Below are positions 1 to 9,594 of a DNA stretch of 64,000 nt, piece after piece. Source of the DNA: Pirellulales bacterium (lineage in GTDB: Bacteria > Planctomycetota > Planctomycetia > Pirellulales > Lacipirellulaceae); the NCBI GenBank assembly GCA_039831705.1, contig JBDOMT010000215.1:7898-71897 (forward strand). Reading direction: 5' to 3'. The notes beneath the pieces were generated by a model. It was not told the origin of the DNA. It saw nothing but the letters and a program-made list of their open reading frames with translations, and ran no database searches. The stretch's first letter is position 1, and every line of letters starts with the position of its first letter. The translations under genes were made by a program, and so were the position numbers.

Positions 1-110
1 GCGAAGGCCTGGAATGTGGTATCAAGCTATCCGGCTATAACGATGTCAAAGAAGGCGACTTAATGGAAGTGTACCGTGTCGAAGAGAAAAGCCGCAGTTT
101 TGACGATTAA
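1..110 (+). CDS. infB: Translation initiation factor IF-2, extreme C-terminus (partial; gene starts upstream of the window)
   Basis: The frame from nt 3 reads [35 protein letters not shown], then TAA at 108-110. This resembles the conserved IF-2 C-terminal end. It is followed by rbfA, the canonical infB-rbfA order. Confidence 0.7.
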   Translation, partial: EGLECGIKLSGYNDVKEGDLMEVYRVEEKSRSFDD

Positions 111-121
111 AACATTAGCCA

Positions 122-511
122 ATGACATCTAGACGAGTTTTAAAAGCGGCTCAGGCCGTTCGCGAAGTGGTCAGCATGGCCATCTTAACGGACCTGAAGG
201 ATCCGCGCATTGAGGGAGTCACCGTCACCTACGTTGAGGTTTCTGGCGATATGCGCGTCGCCAAAGTTCACGTATCGGTCATGGGAGACGATGCAGCCGG
301 AGAGTTGTGTCTGCACGGATTGCAGAGTGCCGCCGGTTACTTGCAAAAGAAAATTGCACGTCGCATCAATACGAAATATACACCCCGATTACGATTTCAA
401 CTCGACATGGGCGTTAAGAAGTCGATTGCGATCACAAAAATGCTAAACGAAATGCTACCAGAGTCAACTCCTACTTGTCGCTCTACAGACGAAATGGCTC
501 CAGACGAATGA
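122..511 (+). CDS. rbfA: Ribosome-binding factor A
   Basis: 129-aa ORF with an RbfA-like core (RVLKAAQAVREVVS...LKDPRI..VTVTYVEVSGDMRVAKVHVSV...TPRLRFQLD). It lies immediately downstream of infB. Confidence 0.9.
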   Translation: MTSRRVLKAAQAVREVVSMAILTDLKDPRIEGVTVTYVEVSGDMRVAKVHVSVMGDDAAGELCLHGLQSAAGYLQKKIARRINTKYTPRLRFQLDMGVKKSIAITKMLNEMLPESTPTCRSTDEMAPDE

Positions 512-731
512 GCACCGGAGGAACCGCCCCAGTCAGCCGGAACCGATTCACTGCATAAATAAACGTATTAATCCATTCAATCGCCCCCATCCCTCCAATT
601 AGGCTCCCCAAAAGGTTGTCGCATAATAATCCACCTGTGTGTTAGCTAGCCCTATACTTGAGAGCAATAACCAAACTTGGCTGGCAATTCCACAAAATTC
701 ATTCACCACCTTTGATTGAAAACTCCGTACT

Positions 732-1736
732 ATGGCAACATCGAACCGAGCAGCGTTAATCAATAAAATGATTAAGGTTGTCAACAAACATTATAAGTCT
801 ACCCCAGTCCCCAAAGACCGAACACTGTTCGAAAACCTCCTGTATGCATGCTGTCTTGAGAACTCGTTGCACGAATCGGCTGAATTAGTGTTCGAGAAGC
901 TCACACGTGACTATTTTGACTGGAATGAAGTACGTGTCAGTACGGTCCGTGAATTGTCCGAGGTCACGAAGCCGCTCAATGATCCTGAAGCCTCCGCCAC
1001 ACGGTTGAAGCGAGTACTTCAGAGCATCTTCGAAACGCATTATTCATTCGACCTGGAAGCACTCAAAAAACAAAATATTGGCCAAGCAGTCAAAGCACTG
1101 GACAATTACCGTGGGACGACTCCATTTATCGTTTCCTACGTGACTCAAAATTCTCTTAGTGGCCACTCCATTCCTGTCAATCAAGGGTTGCTGGAGTCGG
1201 TTCGGATTGTTGAAATTATATCCGATGCAGAAGCGAACAAGGGTACCATCCCCGGCCTGGAACGGACCATTCCTAAAAGCAAGGGGGTGGACATAGGCGC
1301 CTTACTGCATCAACTTGGTGTCGAACTTCACCGTAAACCCTATGGACCCACCATTCGCAACATACTGCAGGAGATTGCCCCTGAGTGTAAATCGCGATTA
1401 CCCAAACGGCCTGTGAAAAAGAAAGCCGCTACGACCAAGCCAAAATCATCGAAATCCTCGCCTCCAGACAAAAAATCAGCTACCAAGAAACTAACCGAAA
1501 CCAAGCGTGCTAAATCTCAAGTTCAAAAAAAGGCTGCCACGAAGAAAAAACAAGCCGTAAAAAAACCTGGGACTAAAACAACATCAACCTCCCCAAAAAA
1601 GAAGCTGGTAAAGAAAAAGAAAGTCCTCAAAAAAGGCACAAAGAAAAAAGTCGTAAAAAAGAAATCTCGGCTTACCGCAACCAAAAGGAAACATAAGGCT
1701 CCGAATAAACGGCTAGCCAAACGTAAACCAAGGTAG
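732..1736 (+). CDS. HhH-GPD (endonuclease III-like) fold protein with a ~110-aa Lys-rich, histone H1-like C-terminal tail
   Basis: The N-terminal ~210 aa align by eye to the EndoIII/HhH-GPD layout. The GxKTA Lys and the VDTH Asp positions read GTTPF and PVNQG, and there is no C-terminal Cys cluster. The C-terminus is KKKAATTKPKSSK...KKKVVKKKSRLTATKRKHKAPNKRLAKRKPR. Confidence 0.5.
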   Translation: MATSNRAALINKMIKVVNKHYKSTPVPKDRTLFENLLYACCLENSLHESAELVFEKLTRDYFDWNEVRVSTVRELSEVTKPLNDPEASATRLKRVLQSIFETHYSFDLEALKKQNIGQAVKALDNYRGTTPFIVSYVTQNSLSGHSIPVNQGLLESVRIVEIISDAEANKGTIPGLERTIPKSKGVDIGALLHQLGVELHRKPYGPTIRNILQEIAPECKSRLPKRPVKKKAATTKPKSSKSSPPDKKSATKKLTETKRAKSQVQKKAATKKKQAVKKPGTKTTSTSPKKKLVKKKKVLKKGTKKKVVKKKSRLTATKRKHKAPNKRLAKRKPR

Positions 1737-1747
1737 GAAAAGAACAG

Positions 1748-2494
1748 ATGGCAGGCCATTCACATTGGGCGGGAATCAAGCACAAAAAAGCTGCAATCGA
1801 TAATAAACGGGGAAAGTTGTGGAGTAAACTTTCTAAAGCGATTATCGTGGCTGCGCGTGCCGGCGGATCAGATGTCAGCATGAATTTAGCCCTGCGCTAC
1901 GCTATTAATGATGCCAAAGCGGTTAGCATGCCCAAAGACAATATTGATCGGGCAATCAAAAAGGGGACCGGAGAACTTGAAGGAGGATATTTTGAAGAAG
2001 TTATCTACGAAGGATACGGTCCTGGCGGGGTTGCCGTGCTGTGCGACATCCTGACAGATAATCGCAACCGTACTGCTCCTGAAGTGCGTAAAATCTTCGA
2101 AATTGCCGGCGGTAAATTAGGTGCTACGGGATGTGTGGCTTGGATGTTTGATCGCAAAGGTCTGCTGGTCATCGAGAAGTCACAGACCGACGAGGAGGCC
2201 CTGCTGGAATTGGCACTTGAATCTGGGGCAGACGATGTGAAAACAGATGAAGACCGGTTCGAAGTTCTCTGTGAAGTTAACGCATTTACCAACGTGTGTG
2301 CAGCAATCGACGAAGCCGAAATCAAGACGGAAATTCGTGAAATTGCCCGCATTCCCAAGGAGACCGTCGACCTGGATGTGGAAATTGCAAAAAAAGTCCT
2401 CAAAATGATGGACAAACTAGACGATCATGACGACGTGCAAAGCGTAGCCGCCAACTTCAACATTCCTGAAGAACTGGCACAACTAAGCGAGTAG
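1748..2494 (+). CDS. yebC: YebC/PmpR family DNA-binding regulatory protein
   Basis: The N-terminus MAGHSHWAGIKHKKAAIDNKRGKLWSKL and the 248-aa length are typical of YebC/TACO1 family proteins. Confidence 0.9.
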   Translation: MAGHSHWAGIKHKKAAIDNKRGKLWSKLSKAIIVAARAGGSDVSMNLALRYAINDAKAVSMPKDNIDRAIKKGTGELEGGYFEEVIYEGYGPGGVAVLCDILTDNRNRTAPEVRKIFEIAGGKLGATGCVAWMFDRKGLLVIEKSQTDEEALLELALESGADDVKTDEDRFEVLCEVNAFTNVCAAIDEAEIKTEIREIARIPKETVDLDVEIAKKVLKMMDKLDDHDDVQSVAANFNIPEELAQLSE

Positions 2495-2654
2495 GACATT
2501 TTAAAAAACCGCCAATACACGCTAATGACTAGTTGTGCCTTGATAGATTTTCCATTCCACACAATCCACCTTAACCACTACTTTAAAAAACAATCAGTTC
2601 GACAGGGTTTGGCGTCCTATATCTTTTTTATTAGTGTTTATTAGCGGTTCACTT

Positions 2655-4316
2655 TTACTCTTTCCCGTGGTGCTTCACCAGCTCCCAGTATTTCTGGAAA
2701 TCAAAATCTGGACTGTTGTCCGTATCGTGGCACTCGACACACCTCTTTTCGGCCGCCCCCATTTTCTCTCCTGCCGCGGGTTGCAAAGTCAAACGCATAT
2801 TTTTGCGTAATTGCATCTGTTGCTCTTGGGCAACTTCTTTCTCGCCACTTTCCACGGCCACATGAGCTGCCCCGGGACCATGACAATTTTCACAACCGTT
2901 GCCTTGTAGATGATGAGTCGCTCGCAAGCCGAAATATCCCGATCTATACGGAAAGAACCGCTGCGGATCCCAGCCGACCACATGGCAACTGAGACACTCG
3001 GGATCGTAATGCCGAGGAGGCTTCAAATCGACTAAGGTTTGCGTTGCATGTGCATGGGGTGTTCCCTCAAACACCTCAGTCGCTTCCGTGTGGCAATCAG
3101 CACAAACGGCCGAACCAACGAATTGATCACGAGGATGGCCCACTCCGGCTAACTCCAAGCCTTCCAGACCTAACGTTTCTAGCTCATTCTGATATTTAAC
3201 CAATGCCGTTTGCATTTCAGGGGAATCGGTGAACCGATGGTCCAACGGCACCCGTTGATAAAGGATGTTATTTTCTGGAGCGCCATAAAGACCAACCGCA
3301 ATCACATACATGCCTTTGTGCCCCACCTCAATGAGACGCGTATTCGTTCCCTCGATAACCTGAATCCGATCGGGGGGCACCTCCGCGCCACCAGTTGAAG
3401 CCACCAATTGAAATTGCGGATAGAGGCGTGCAAGTTTTGCCGCCTCCTCCAAATCACCATGCACCATCAATACTTGCCAGTCGCAACCTTTGCTGGCCAT
3501 TTTGGGAGCCACTTCATCCAAAGCTGCTACCGGATCGATCCAGGTCACCTCGGAATTATTGGCCATGTCCACCTGGAAGTTCGTCACCAAGACCGAAGTC
3601 ACAGCAATACATTGACCTCCCACTTCAAGCACCCGGTAACGAGAGGATAATCCATACTCAAAACCTAACAGGGCCACATTAGCCGACACGAGTGGATTGT
3701 TTTCCGGATCAAGATTCGCCAGTACAAAAAGCACCGGATCCGTACCGAGCTGTAGATCATGGACTCCCAGCCCAACTCCGGAATAACCAATTTGTAGCAG
3801 CGACTCCATGGCAAAGCGAAATTTGATATTTGCCTGAGGCCCAAACCGGCGAACTTGACCTCCCAGGTCGAGTGCAACCAGAGGCCAACCTTGCTGGCGA
3901 AGATTCTTGATCAACGTATGGCGCCGTTTAAGCCCCCCCAACTGATTTTCCAACCCGGCACAGCCACACGGCTCAAGATAGCCGTTCAACTCACCTGAAA
4001 ACAGGATGGTCGCTTGAGGTTGGGGCCAATTGACAAAGATCGGTCCATTACGTTCTACTGCTTCAGCAGCAGCAAGATTTTCATCTTGATCCCCGTCTGT
4101 TTCTTTTATGCCTGTTTCTTTTACAGACCCCACCTTTCCAGTGAACTGAACTGAATCCGAGATAGTCTCCACACCAACGGACAGAGGGCACTGAATTGCG
4201 AAGTTTATCAAGAATACCAGCAAACCAATCACTCTGGGCAATCGGGCCCACCTACTGTCAATCCCTCTACCAGCCAATTCCTGATGCATGTTTGCCTGCT
4301 TCTCCAATAATATCAC
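2655..4316 (-). CDS. Membrane-anchored tetraheme c-type cytochrome fused to an N-terminal 5'-nucleotidase/metallophosphoesterase-like domain
   Basis: Four CXXCH motifs lie in the C-terminal third (CADCH, CLSCH, CENCH, CVECH). There is an N-terminal hydrophobic helix. The middle region (LNGYLEPCGCAGLENQLGGLKRR..., HGDLEEA) resembles a degenerate UshA-like phosphoesterase fold. Confidence 0.65.
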   Translation of the reverse strand: MILLEKQANMHQELAGRGIDSRWARLPRVIGLLVFLINFAIQCPLSVGVETISDSVQFTGKVGSVKETGIKETDGDQDENLAAAEAVERNGPIFVNWPQPQATILFSGELNGYLEPCGCAGLENQLGGLKRRHTLIKNLRQQGWPLVALDLGGQVRRFGPQANIKFRFAMESLLQIGYSGVGLGVHDLQLGTDPVLFVLANLDPENNPLVSANVALLGFEYGLSSRYRVLEVGGQCIAVTSVLVTNFQVDMANNSEVTWIDPVAALDEVAPKMASKGCDWQVLMVHGDLEEAAKLARLYPQFQLVASTGGAEVPPDRIQVIEGTNTRLIEVGHKGMYVIAVGLYGAPENNILYQRVPLDHRFTDSPEMQTALVKYQNELETLGLEGLELAGVGHPRDQFVGSAVCADCHTEATEVFEGTPHAHATQTLVDLKPPRHYDPECLSCHVVGWDPQRFFPYRSGYFGLRATHHLQGNGCENCHGPGAAHVAVESGEKEVAQEQQMQLRKNMRLTLQPAAGEKMGAAEKRCVECHDTDNSPDFDFQKYWELVKHHGKE

Positions 4317-4385
4317 TTGTTTACAGAGTCCTAAGATCTGAGTGTAGAGCTGAATATTGGTAACACTTTAATCGAATCCAGATTC

Positions 4386-4690
4386 CCTCTCGCAAAGACG
4401 CCAAGATCGCCAAGCCCCTTCCTACCACGCAGGCAAACGGAAAGTCACACCCAGGAAAAATAATACGGACGAATTGAACCACGGAGGCACGGAGAAAAGA
4501 TCCATTGATTAAGCATCTCCCTGTCCTCCGTGACTCCGTGGAAATCCCTACTTCTCACTTCTTTTGCATTCGATTCTTCAAAACACCGAATTTGCAATGC
4601 TTCAGTCCTACCCTAGGAAACCTTTGACAGTTTGGTGGATTTCCGCCTCATCCATTCTTTTCTTTGCGGTCTTGGCGTCTTTGCGAGAGG
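4386..4690. mobile_element. MITE-like non-coding element with 25-bp terminal inverted repeats, enclosing a family-A palindromic repeat (4441-4541)
   Basis: cctctcgcaaagacgccaagatcgc (4386-4410) is the reverse complement of gcggtcttggcgtctttgcgagagg (4666-4690) at 24/25 positions. The interior has no ORF. It contains ccacggaggcacggag...ctccgtgactccgtgg, which recurs at 12282-12392. Confidence 0.45.
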
Positions 4691-4828
4691 CTGTTCTTTG
4701 TAATATTATGGGCAGATTACCAACTTGCCGAGGAATACCGTAAGTTCGTGTGAAGTCTTACGAATATTGTTTGCCCCTCTTACGTTACCAATCGTACTGA
4801 TTACACAATCTCTCCACCAGCGGAACTT

Positions 4829-4863
4829 ACTCCAACTCTAGACTCTAAACTCGTTCACTCAAT
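4829..4863. repeat. Degenerate heptanucleotide tandem repeat (actccaa ctctaga ctctaaa ctcgttc actcaat) at the 3' end of the DUF1573 gene
   Basis: The 7-nt periodicity of the CTC/ACTC core was read directly from the sequence. Confidence 0.6.
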
Positions 4864-6043
4864 CATGTACGGCAAACTCTACCTGGAGCTTGAACTGAGC
4901 CGTTTGTGGGTGGGTCGTGGAGAGGATAATTTCCGCCGCCTCGCCAAATCTCTCTCCGCGTCGGATCATTGTCCTTGTACCGGCAGGGATCTCAACAACC
5001 AAAGGGACATGGACTAACTGCTCGCTCATTTTGCGACTTGGCTCCAAGGTTGCTCGTAATTCTTCAGGCTGGATGGTCTCAACCTTCAATTTGGTAGTGA
5101 CGGCATGTTCGCCACGGATGGCTACAATAAGCCGTACTTTCTTGCCTTTCTCGCTAGGAACCTGACCCATACGGAGCATCCCTTTTTTAGCAATCCACCC
5201 CGGTCCGAAAACTGACATGTCTCCAATCACATTAGCCGCCAGGGGAATGTCTAACTTCGCGACATTCTTAAGGTTGGTTTCCACCGTAAGCCAAGTTTGG
5301 ATTGGTCCCAGGGTATGCCCCGCATGCAACGTCGCCACTAACTTGAGTCCAGCCCGTGCATCAGGCAGAGGCAGTTCGCTCTTTGGACATGGCACCAATT
5401 CTACTTCGATCTGACTTGCTAGCTCAGGATCGCTGAGTTGCTGTGATCGGATCTCGATTTCATCTTGCAGAAATGCCATCAAATAGATCTCTGCCTGTCG
5501 AGTCTCACCCGCGCGAACGTTGCCAAAATAAAACTCGTTTGGCATCACCGAGGTCGATTCGACTACGGCACCTTCCACTTGCAACTCAACGCGTGACTGC
5601 GATGGATCGTTGGTAATTAATGTTGCCCCATGGCGAAATGGACCGGGACTGGTCTTGGCGGTCCATTCCAATGTCACTTCTGCTTGTTCGCCAGGTGCAA
5701 CCTCCTCAGCCGATAAGCCCCCCACCGTACACTTGCAAGTAGTAGACCCTACCTTGATATGCAACGAACTGTCACCCGTGTTGCGGACCTGGAAGGCGTG
5801 TGTCAGCGAGGTTCCCTGCTCCATCGAACCAAAATGGTAAACTTTTTCCTCCACTTGAATCTGAGGAGACTTTGCCATAACGCCTCCCGACGTCCCCGTA
5901 TCCGATACTTGTGTATCCGTAATGGACGTTTCCGATGAAGGTAACGCAACCGCCAACGGAAGTATCTGAAATGCCACCAACAGCGCAGCCAACACGACAC
6001 CGCCAAACAGGGCTATCAAAATGATTCGAATCGTTGATTTCAT
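4859..6043 (-). CDS. DUF1573 domain-containing exported protein
   Basis: It has an N-terminal TM/signal segment. The motif HFGSMEQGTSLTHAFQVRNTGDSSLHIKVGSTTCKCTV matches the DUF1573 signature (FxFG...G....H.F...N.G...L.I......C.CT). Confidence 0.7.
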   Translation of the reverse strand: MKSTIRIILIALFGGVVLAALLVAFQILPLAVALPSSETSITDTQVSDTGTSGGVMAKSPQIQVEEKVYHFGSMEQGTSLTHAFQVRNTGDSSLHIKVGSTTCKCTVGGLSAEEVAPGEQAEVTLEWTAKTSPGPFRHGATLITNDPSQSRVELQVEGAVVESTSVMPNEFYFGNVRAGETRQAEIYLMAFLQDEIEIRSQQLSDPELASQIEVELVPCPKSELPLPDARAGLKLVATLHAGHTLGPIQTWLTVETNLKNVAKLDIPLAANVIGDMSVFGPGWIAKKGMLRMGQVPSEKGKKVRLIVAIRGEHAVTTKLKVETIQPEELRATLEPSRKMSEQLVHVPLVVEIPAGTRTMIRRGERFGEAAEIILSTTHPQTAQFKLQVEFAVHD

Positions 6044-6124
6044 AAAAAATCTCCTGCAAACTCGACTACGTAAACATGCACGCGACTATTCTAACTTACT
6101 CAGACTGAAAACATACAGGAAATT

Positions 6125-6655
6125 TCACAATGAGTGACTTAACCGCTCACGGCAGAGCGTAAAAAAGTGTTGAAAATCCGAACGTCTATAATCCGGGTAG
6201 GTCCAATCGAAGCTTCGCCACGCTCCTTTGCGAAAATTGAGCGTTACTTCAGCATAGATGCCTTTTTGCAGGTAGATACGATGTGCATGGTCCTTCGTCG
6301 ATGCCAACACCAGTTTGGCCTGCGTGATATAACCAGGGTCCAAATTCAATGGCCGAGGTTCTGCATGCTCCGACTGCTCTGCGTACTGAGTTTCCCAAAG
6401 ATTTGTTTGAATCTTGATTGCTGGCAAAGTTGCCGGATCGACCAACACAGCAAAAGCCAAAAATTGCTTGTGAAGGTCTGTACCCATAGACCGTGTATAG
6501 TAGTCTGTCTCTGTGAATGAAAAGGTTTCGCTTTCTAATAACACTTCGCCAAAATAGCGAGTCATCCGTTCATAAGTCCAACAAAAAGCCGCCGCATGTC
6601 GACTGCAAACGGCCACGATCAGCAAAACGGACGAAGAAGATTGAATCTGCCCCAT
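6125..6655 (-). CDS. DUF4416 family protein
   Basis: PLNLDPGYITQAKLVLASTKDHAHRIYLQKGIYAEVTL matches the remembered DUF4416 core (NLDPGY..AK.VLATTKD..HR.Y...GIY.EVTL). The start was moved to ATG 6655 (MGQIQ...) to avoid a 58-nt overlap with proS. Confidence 0.6.
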   Translation of the reverse strand: MGQIQSSSSVLLIVAVCSRHAAAFCWTYERMTRYFGEVLLESETFSFTETDYYTRSMGTDLHKQFLAFAVLVDPATLPAIKIQTNLWETQYAEQSEHAEPRPLNLDPGYITQAKLVLASTKDHAHRIYLQKGIYAEVTLNFRKGAWRSFDWTYPDYRRSDFQHFFTLCRERLSHSL

Positions 6656-6666
6656 GGTAAACAGCC

Positions 6667-8211
6667 CTAATAGGCCTTCGCAAACAGAGCCCGTCGCTTG
6701 CTTGGCTGACCGGTAAAGATACACTTCCCGATTTCCTCCTGTTCTGCCAGTGGCACACAGCGGGCTGTCACTTTCAGTGCTTTGAGTTTTTCTTCCATCT
6801 CAGGCCCATCGGTAAAATGGCAATAGGCCAACCCACCGTGAGCTTCGGGTTGCTGAACATTGTCGGATGTGAAGAAATTTTCAAACTCTTCCCAGTCGTC
6901 TATTCTGACCGTGACCGCGTCGCGAGCTTTCACCGCCCGGTCAAACAGAGTCTGTTGTATTTCGGCAAGTAGAGTCGAGACTTGGGCAACGAATTGATCA
7001 CGCGGAATGCTTGTGCCCTTCCCGCCTCCTCCCTCTTGCTCTGATGGTCTGACTCGCTGGTTGACAAACACTCCACCTGCGGCCACATCCCGTGGACCAA
7101 CATCCACCCTCAATGGCACTCCGCGCTTGACCCATTGCCACTTTTTTTCACCCCCACGCAAATCGCGATCGTCCACCTTGACACGCACTGGGCCGTCATC
7201 AAACTGCTCAGCACTCAGTTGATCTTTTAAAACTTCACAAAACGACAAAACTTCGGCCCGCTCTTCATCATTTCGATAGATCGGCAAAATCACCACATGC
7301 ACCGGAGCCAACTTGGGTGGCAACACCAAACCGTCATCGTCGCTATGGGTCATAATCAGCCCACCAATCAGTCGGGTCGATACACCCCATGAAGTAGTCC
7401 ACGCATAAACTTCCTGGCCTGCCTGATCCTGAAATTTAATTTCCTGTGCCCGGGAAAAATTTTGCCCAAGAAAATGTGAGGTACCGGCCTGCAACATTTT
7501 ACGATCCTGCATCAACGCCTCTATGCTATAAGTGGCGATTGCTCCAGGGAATCGCTCCGCAGCCGTTTTTTCTCCCTTGATCACAGGCATCGCCATCTGA
7601 CTTTCAGCAAATTCCGCATAGACATCCAACATCTGACTCGTTTCGGCACGCGCTTCCTCCTCGCTCGCGTGCACGGTATGCCCTTCTTGCCACAAGAATT
7701 CCGTGGTACGAAGAAACATTCGCGTGCGCAATTCCCAACGCACCACGTTGGCCCACTGGTTGATCAAGATGGGCAGGTCACGATAGGACTGAACCCAACG
7801 GGCAAATGTGGCTCCAATAATCGTTTCACTGGTAGGCCGAACAATGAGAGGCTCCTCGAGCTTTGCAGACGCCGCGGGTTGCAAACCGCCTGCCCCATCC
7901 GGTTCGAGCCGATGGTGGGTTACCACAGCACATTCTTTGGCAAATCCTTCGACATGCTCCGCTTCTTTTTCCAGGAAGCTCATCGGGACAAACAGTGGAA
8001 AATAGGCGTTTTCATGTCCCGTTTCCTTGAACATGACATTCAGTTTTTGCTGAATATTTTCCCAAATGGCATAGCCCCAAGGCTTGATCACCATACAACC
8101 ACGTACGTCAGAAGACTCAGCCAGATCGGCCGCCTTGACTACCTGTTGGTACCACTGGGGGTAGTTTTCCTCACGACTGGGACTGATAGCATTTTTAGAT
8201 TTTTTAGACAT
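6667..8211 (-). CDS. proS: Proline--tRNA ligase (archaeal/eukaryote-like class II type)
   Basis: 514 aa. The N-terminus NYPQWYQQVVKAADLAE.SDVRGCMVIKPWGYAIWENIQ and the class II core are typical of the ~480-510-aa ProRS form. Confidence 0.9.
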   Translation of the reverse strand: MSKKSKNAISPSREENYPQWYQQVVKAADLAESSDVRGCMVIKPWGYAIWENIQQKLNVMFKETGHENAYFPLFVPMSFLEKEAEHVEGFAKECAVVTHHRLEPDGAGGLQPAASAKLEEPLIVRPTSETIIGATFARWVQSYRDLPILINQWANVVRWELRTRMFLRTTEFLWQEGHTVHASEEEARAETSQMLDVYAEFAESQMAMPVIKGEKTAAERFPGAIATYSIEALMQDRKMLQAGTSHFLGQNFSRAQEIKFQDQAGQEVYAWTTSWGVSTRLIGGLIMTHSDDDGLVLPPKLAPVHVVILPIYRNDEERAEVLSFCEVLKDQLSAEQFDDGPVRVKVDDRDLRGGEKKWQWVKRGVPLRVDVGPRDVAAGGVFVNQRVRPSEQEGGGGKGTSIPRDQFVAQVSTLLAEIQQTLFDRAVKARDAVTVRIDDWEEFENFFTSDNVQQPEAHGGLAYCHFTDGPEMEEKLKALKVTARCVPLAEQEEIGKCIFTGQPSKRRALFAKAY

Positions 8212-8458
8212 TGGCTAAATGCGGAGTGGACTAAATGCGGAAATCGGATTACGGAATTATAAAAACAGGGTGGCAATTTGACCGACAATGGAGGGGTGCC
8301 TTCAATAGACCCGCATTCTACGATAAAATGCTCTGCCAGAACATTGGCGAATTGCCAACTTCTTCACCGTAGCCCGTTGCCGCCCATGGTGTGTCCGCAT
8401 AGAATCAGCAACATTCGTTCTATTCCGCAATCCGATTTCCGAATTCTGTATTTCTCCT

Positions 8459-9433
8459 ATGTCTCGCCACTTCGTCAGTCAGCTTGCTCATAACGAACCA
8501 ATCGATCAGGTCTTCATGGCCTCGGATAAACAGTTGCGTCCCAACCGCAATGGTAATCTTTACTTGCAGGTCGATCTGTCCGACCGCAGCGGATCCATCA
8601 ATGCGCGTCTCTGGAATGCAAGCGAAAATGATTACAAGAGCTTTGAAAACGGTGACTACGTGCATGTTGATGGATCAACGCAACTGTTCCAAGGCAATAT
8701 CCAGCTAATCGCCACTCGTATTCGTAAAGCACGACCCGATGAGATCGACGAGTCGGATTATGTCACACTGCAATCAGAAGAGATTCAACAATTTCAACGA
8801 CGACTTATTGAAATCTTGAGAAAGATCCAGTCACGTCCTCTATCCAGGCTCGTGGATGCATTCCTCAGTGATAAAGATTTCATGTCCAAATTCACCCGGG
8901 CACCAGCCGGCATGAAAAACCATCATGCCTACCAGGGAGGATTGTTAGAACATGTCGTCGGGTTGTTGGAACTGGTTTTGGTTGTCACCCCCCGGTACCC
9001 ACAACTCAACCAAGACCAGTTGTTAGTCGGCGCATTTCTACACGACGCAGCAAAGGTAGATGAACTCTCCTACGATCGCGATATTGCTTACACCGATGAG
9101 GGACAACTCCTGGGACATCTGGTGCTGGCCATTTCGATGATCGACGAGAAGGTTCGTCAAATTGTCCAACAAGATGGCCAACCCTTTCCCAAACAATTGC
9201 TCATCGAAATAAAACATCTCATCCTTAGTCACCATGGCCAATATGACTATGGCAGCCCCAAGCTACCAATGACCTTGGAAGCCGTCACACTTCACATACT
9301 GGATAACCTCGATGCCAAACTTGCCAGCTTTACCCAACTGATCAACGATTGCCCCAACCTCGACAGCCAATGGACGCAGTATCATGTCAACTTAGGTAGA
9401 AAGTTATACAAGGGAGGAAGGAGCGCGGATTAG
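8459..9433 (+). CDS. OB-fold plus HD-domain 3'-5' exoribonuclease, YhaM-like
   Basis: An N-terminal OB-fold segment (LYLQVDLSDRSGSINARLWN) is followed by an HD domain (HHAYQGGLLEHV...FLHDAAK...LSHHGQYDYGSPKLPMTLEA). Confidence 0.7.
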   Translation: MSRHFVSQLAHNEPIDQVFMASDKQLRPNRNGNLYLQVDLSDRSGSINARLWNASENDYKSFENGDYVHVDGSTQLFQGNIQLIATRIRKARPDEIDESDYVTLQSEEIQQFQRRLIEILRKIQSRPLSRLVDAFLSDKDFMSKFTRAPAGMKNHHAYQGGLLEHVVGLLELVLVVTPRYPQLNQDQLLVGAFLHDAAKVDELSYDRDIAYTDEGQLLGHLVLAISMIDEKVRQIVQQDGQPFPKQLLIEIKHLILSHHGQYDYGSPKLPMTLEAVTLHILDNLDAKLASFTQLINDCPNLDSQWTQYHVNLGRKLYKGGRSAD

Positions 9434-9594
9434 GGGTGGCCACCGAACATCTTTCGGCTAAAGCAGATTAGGTTATAATCGCTATCTGGCGTACGTTAAG
9501 GAACACTCAATATCAAGCTTCTGTGAAATGGTGGCGTTCAGGTTTCAGTATGAAAGTGAATACATAAACACACTTCCAACATCGGTCACTCCTT

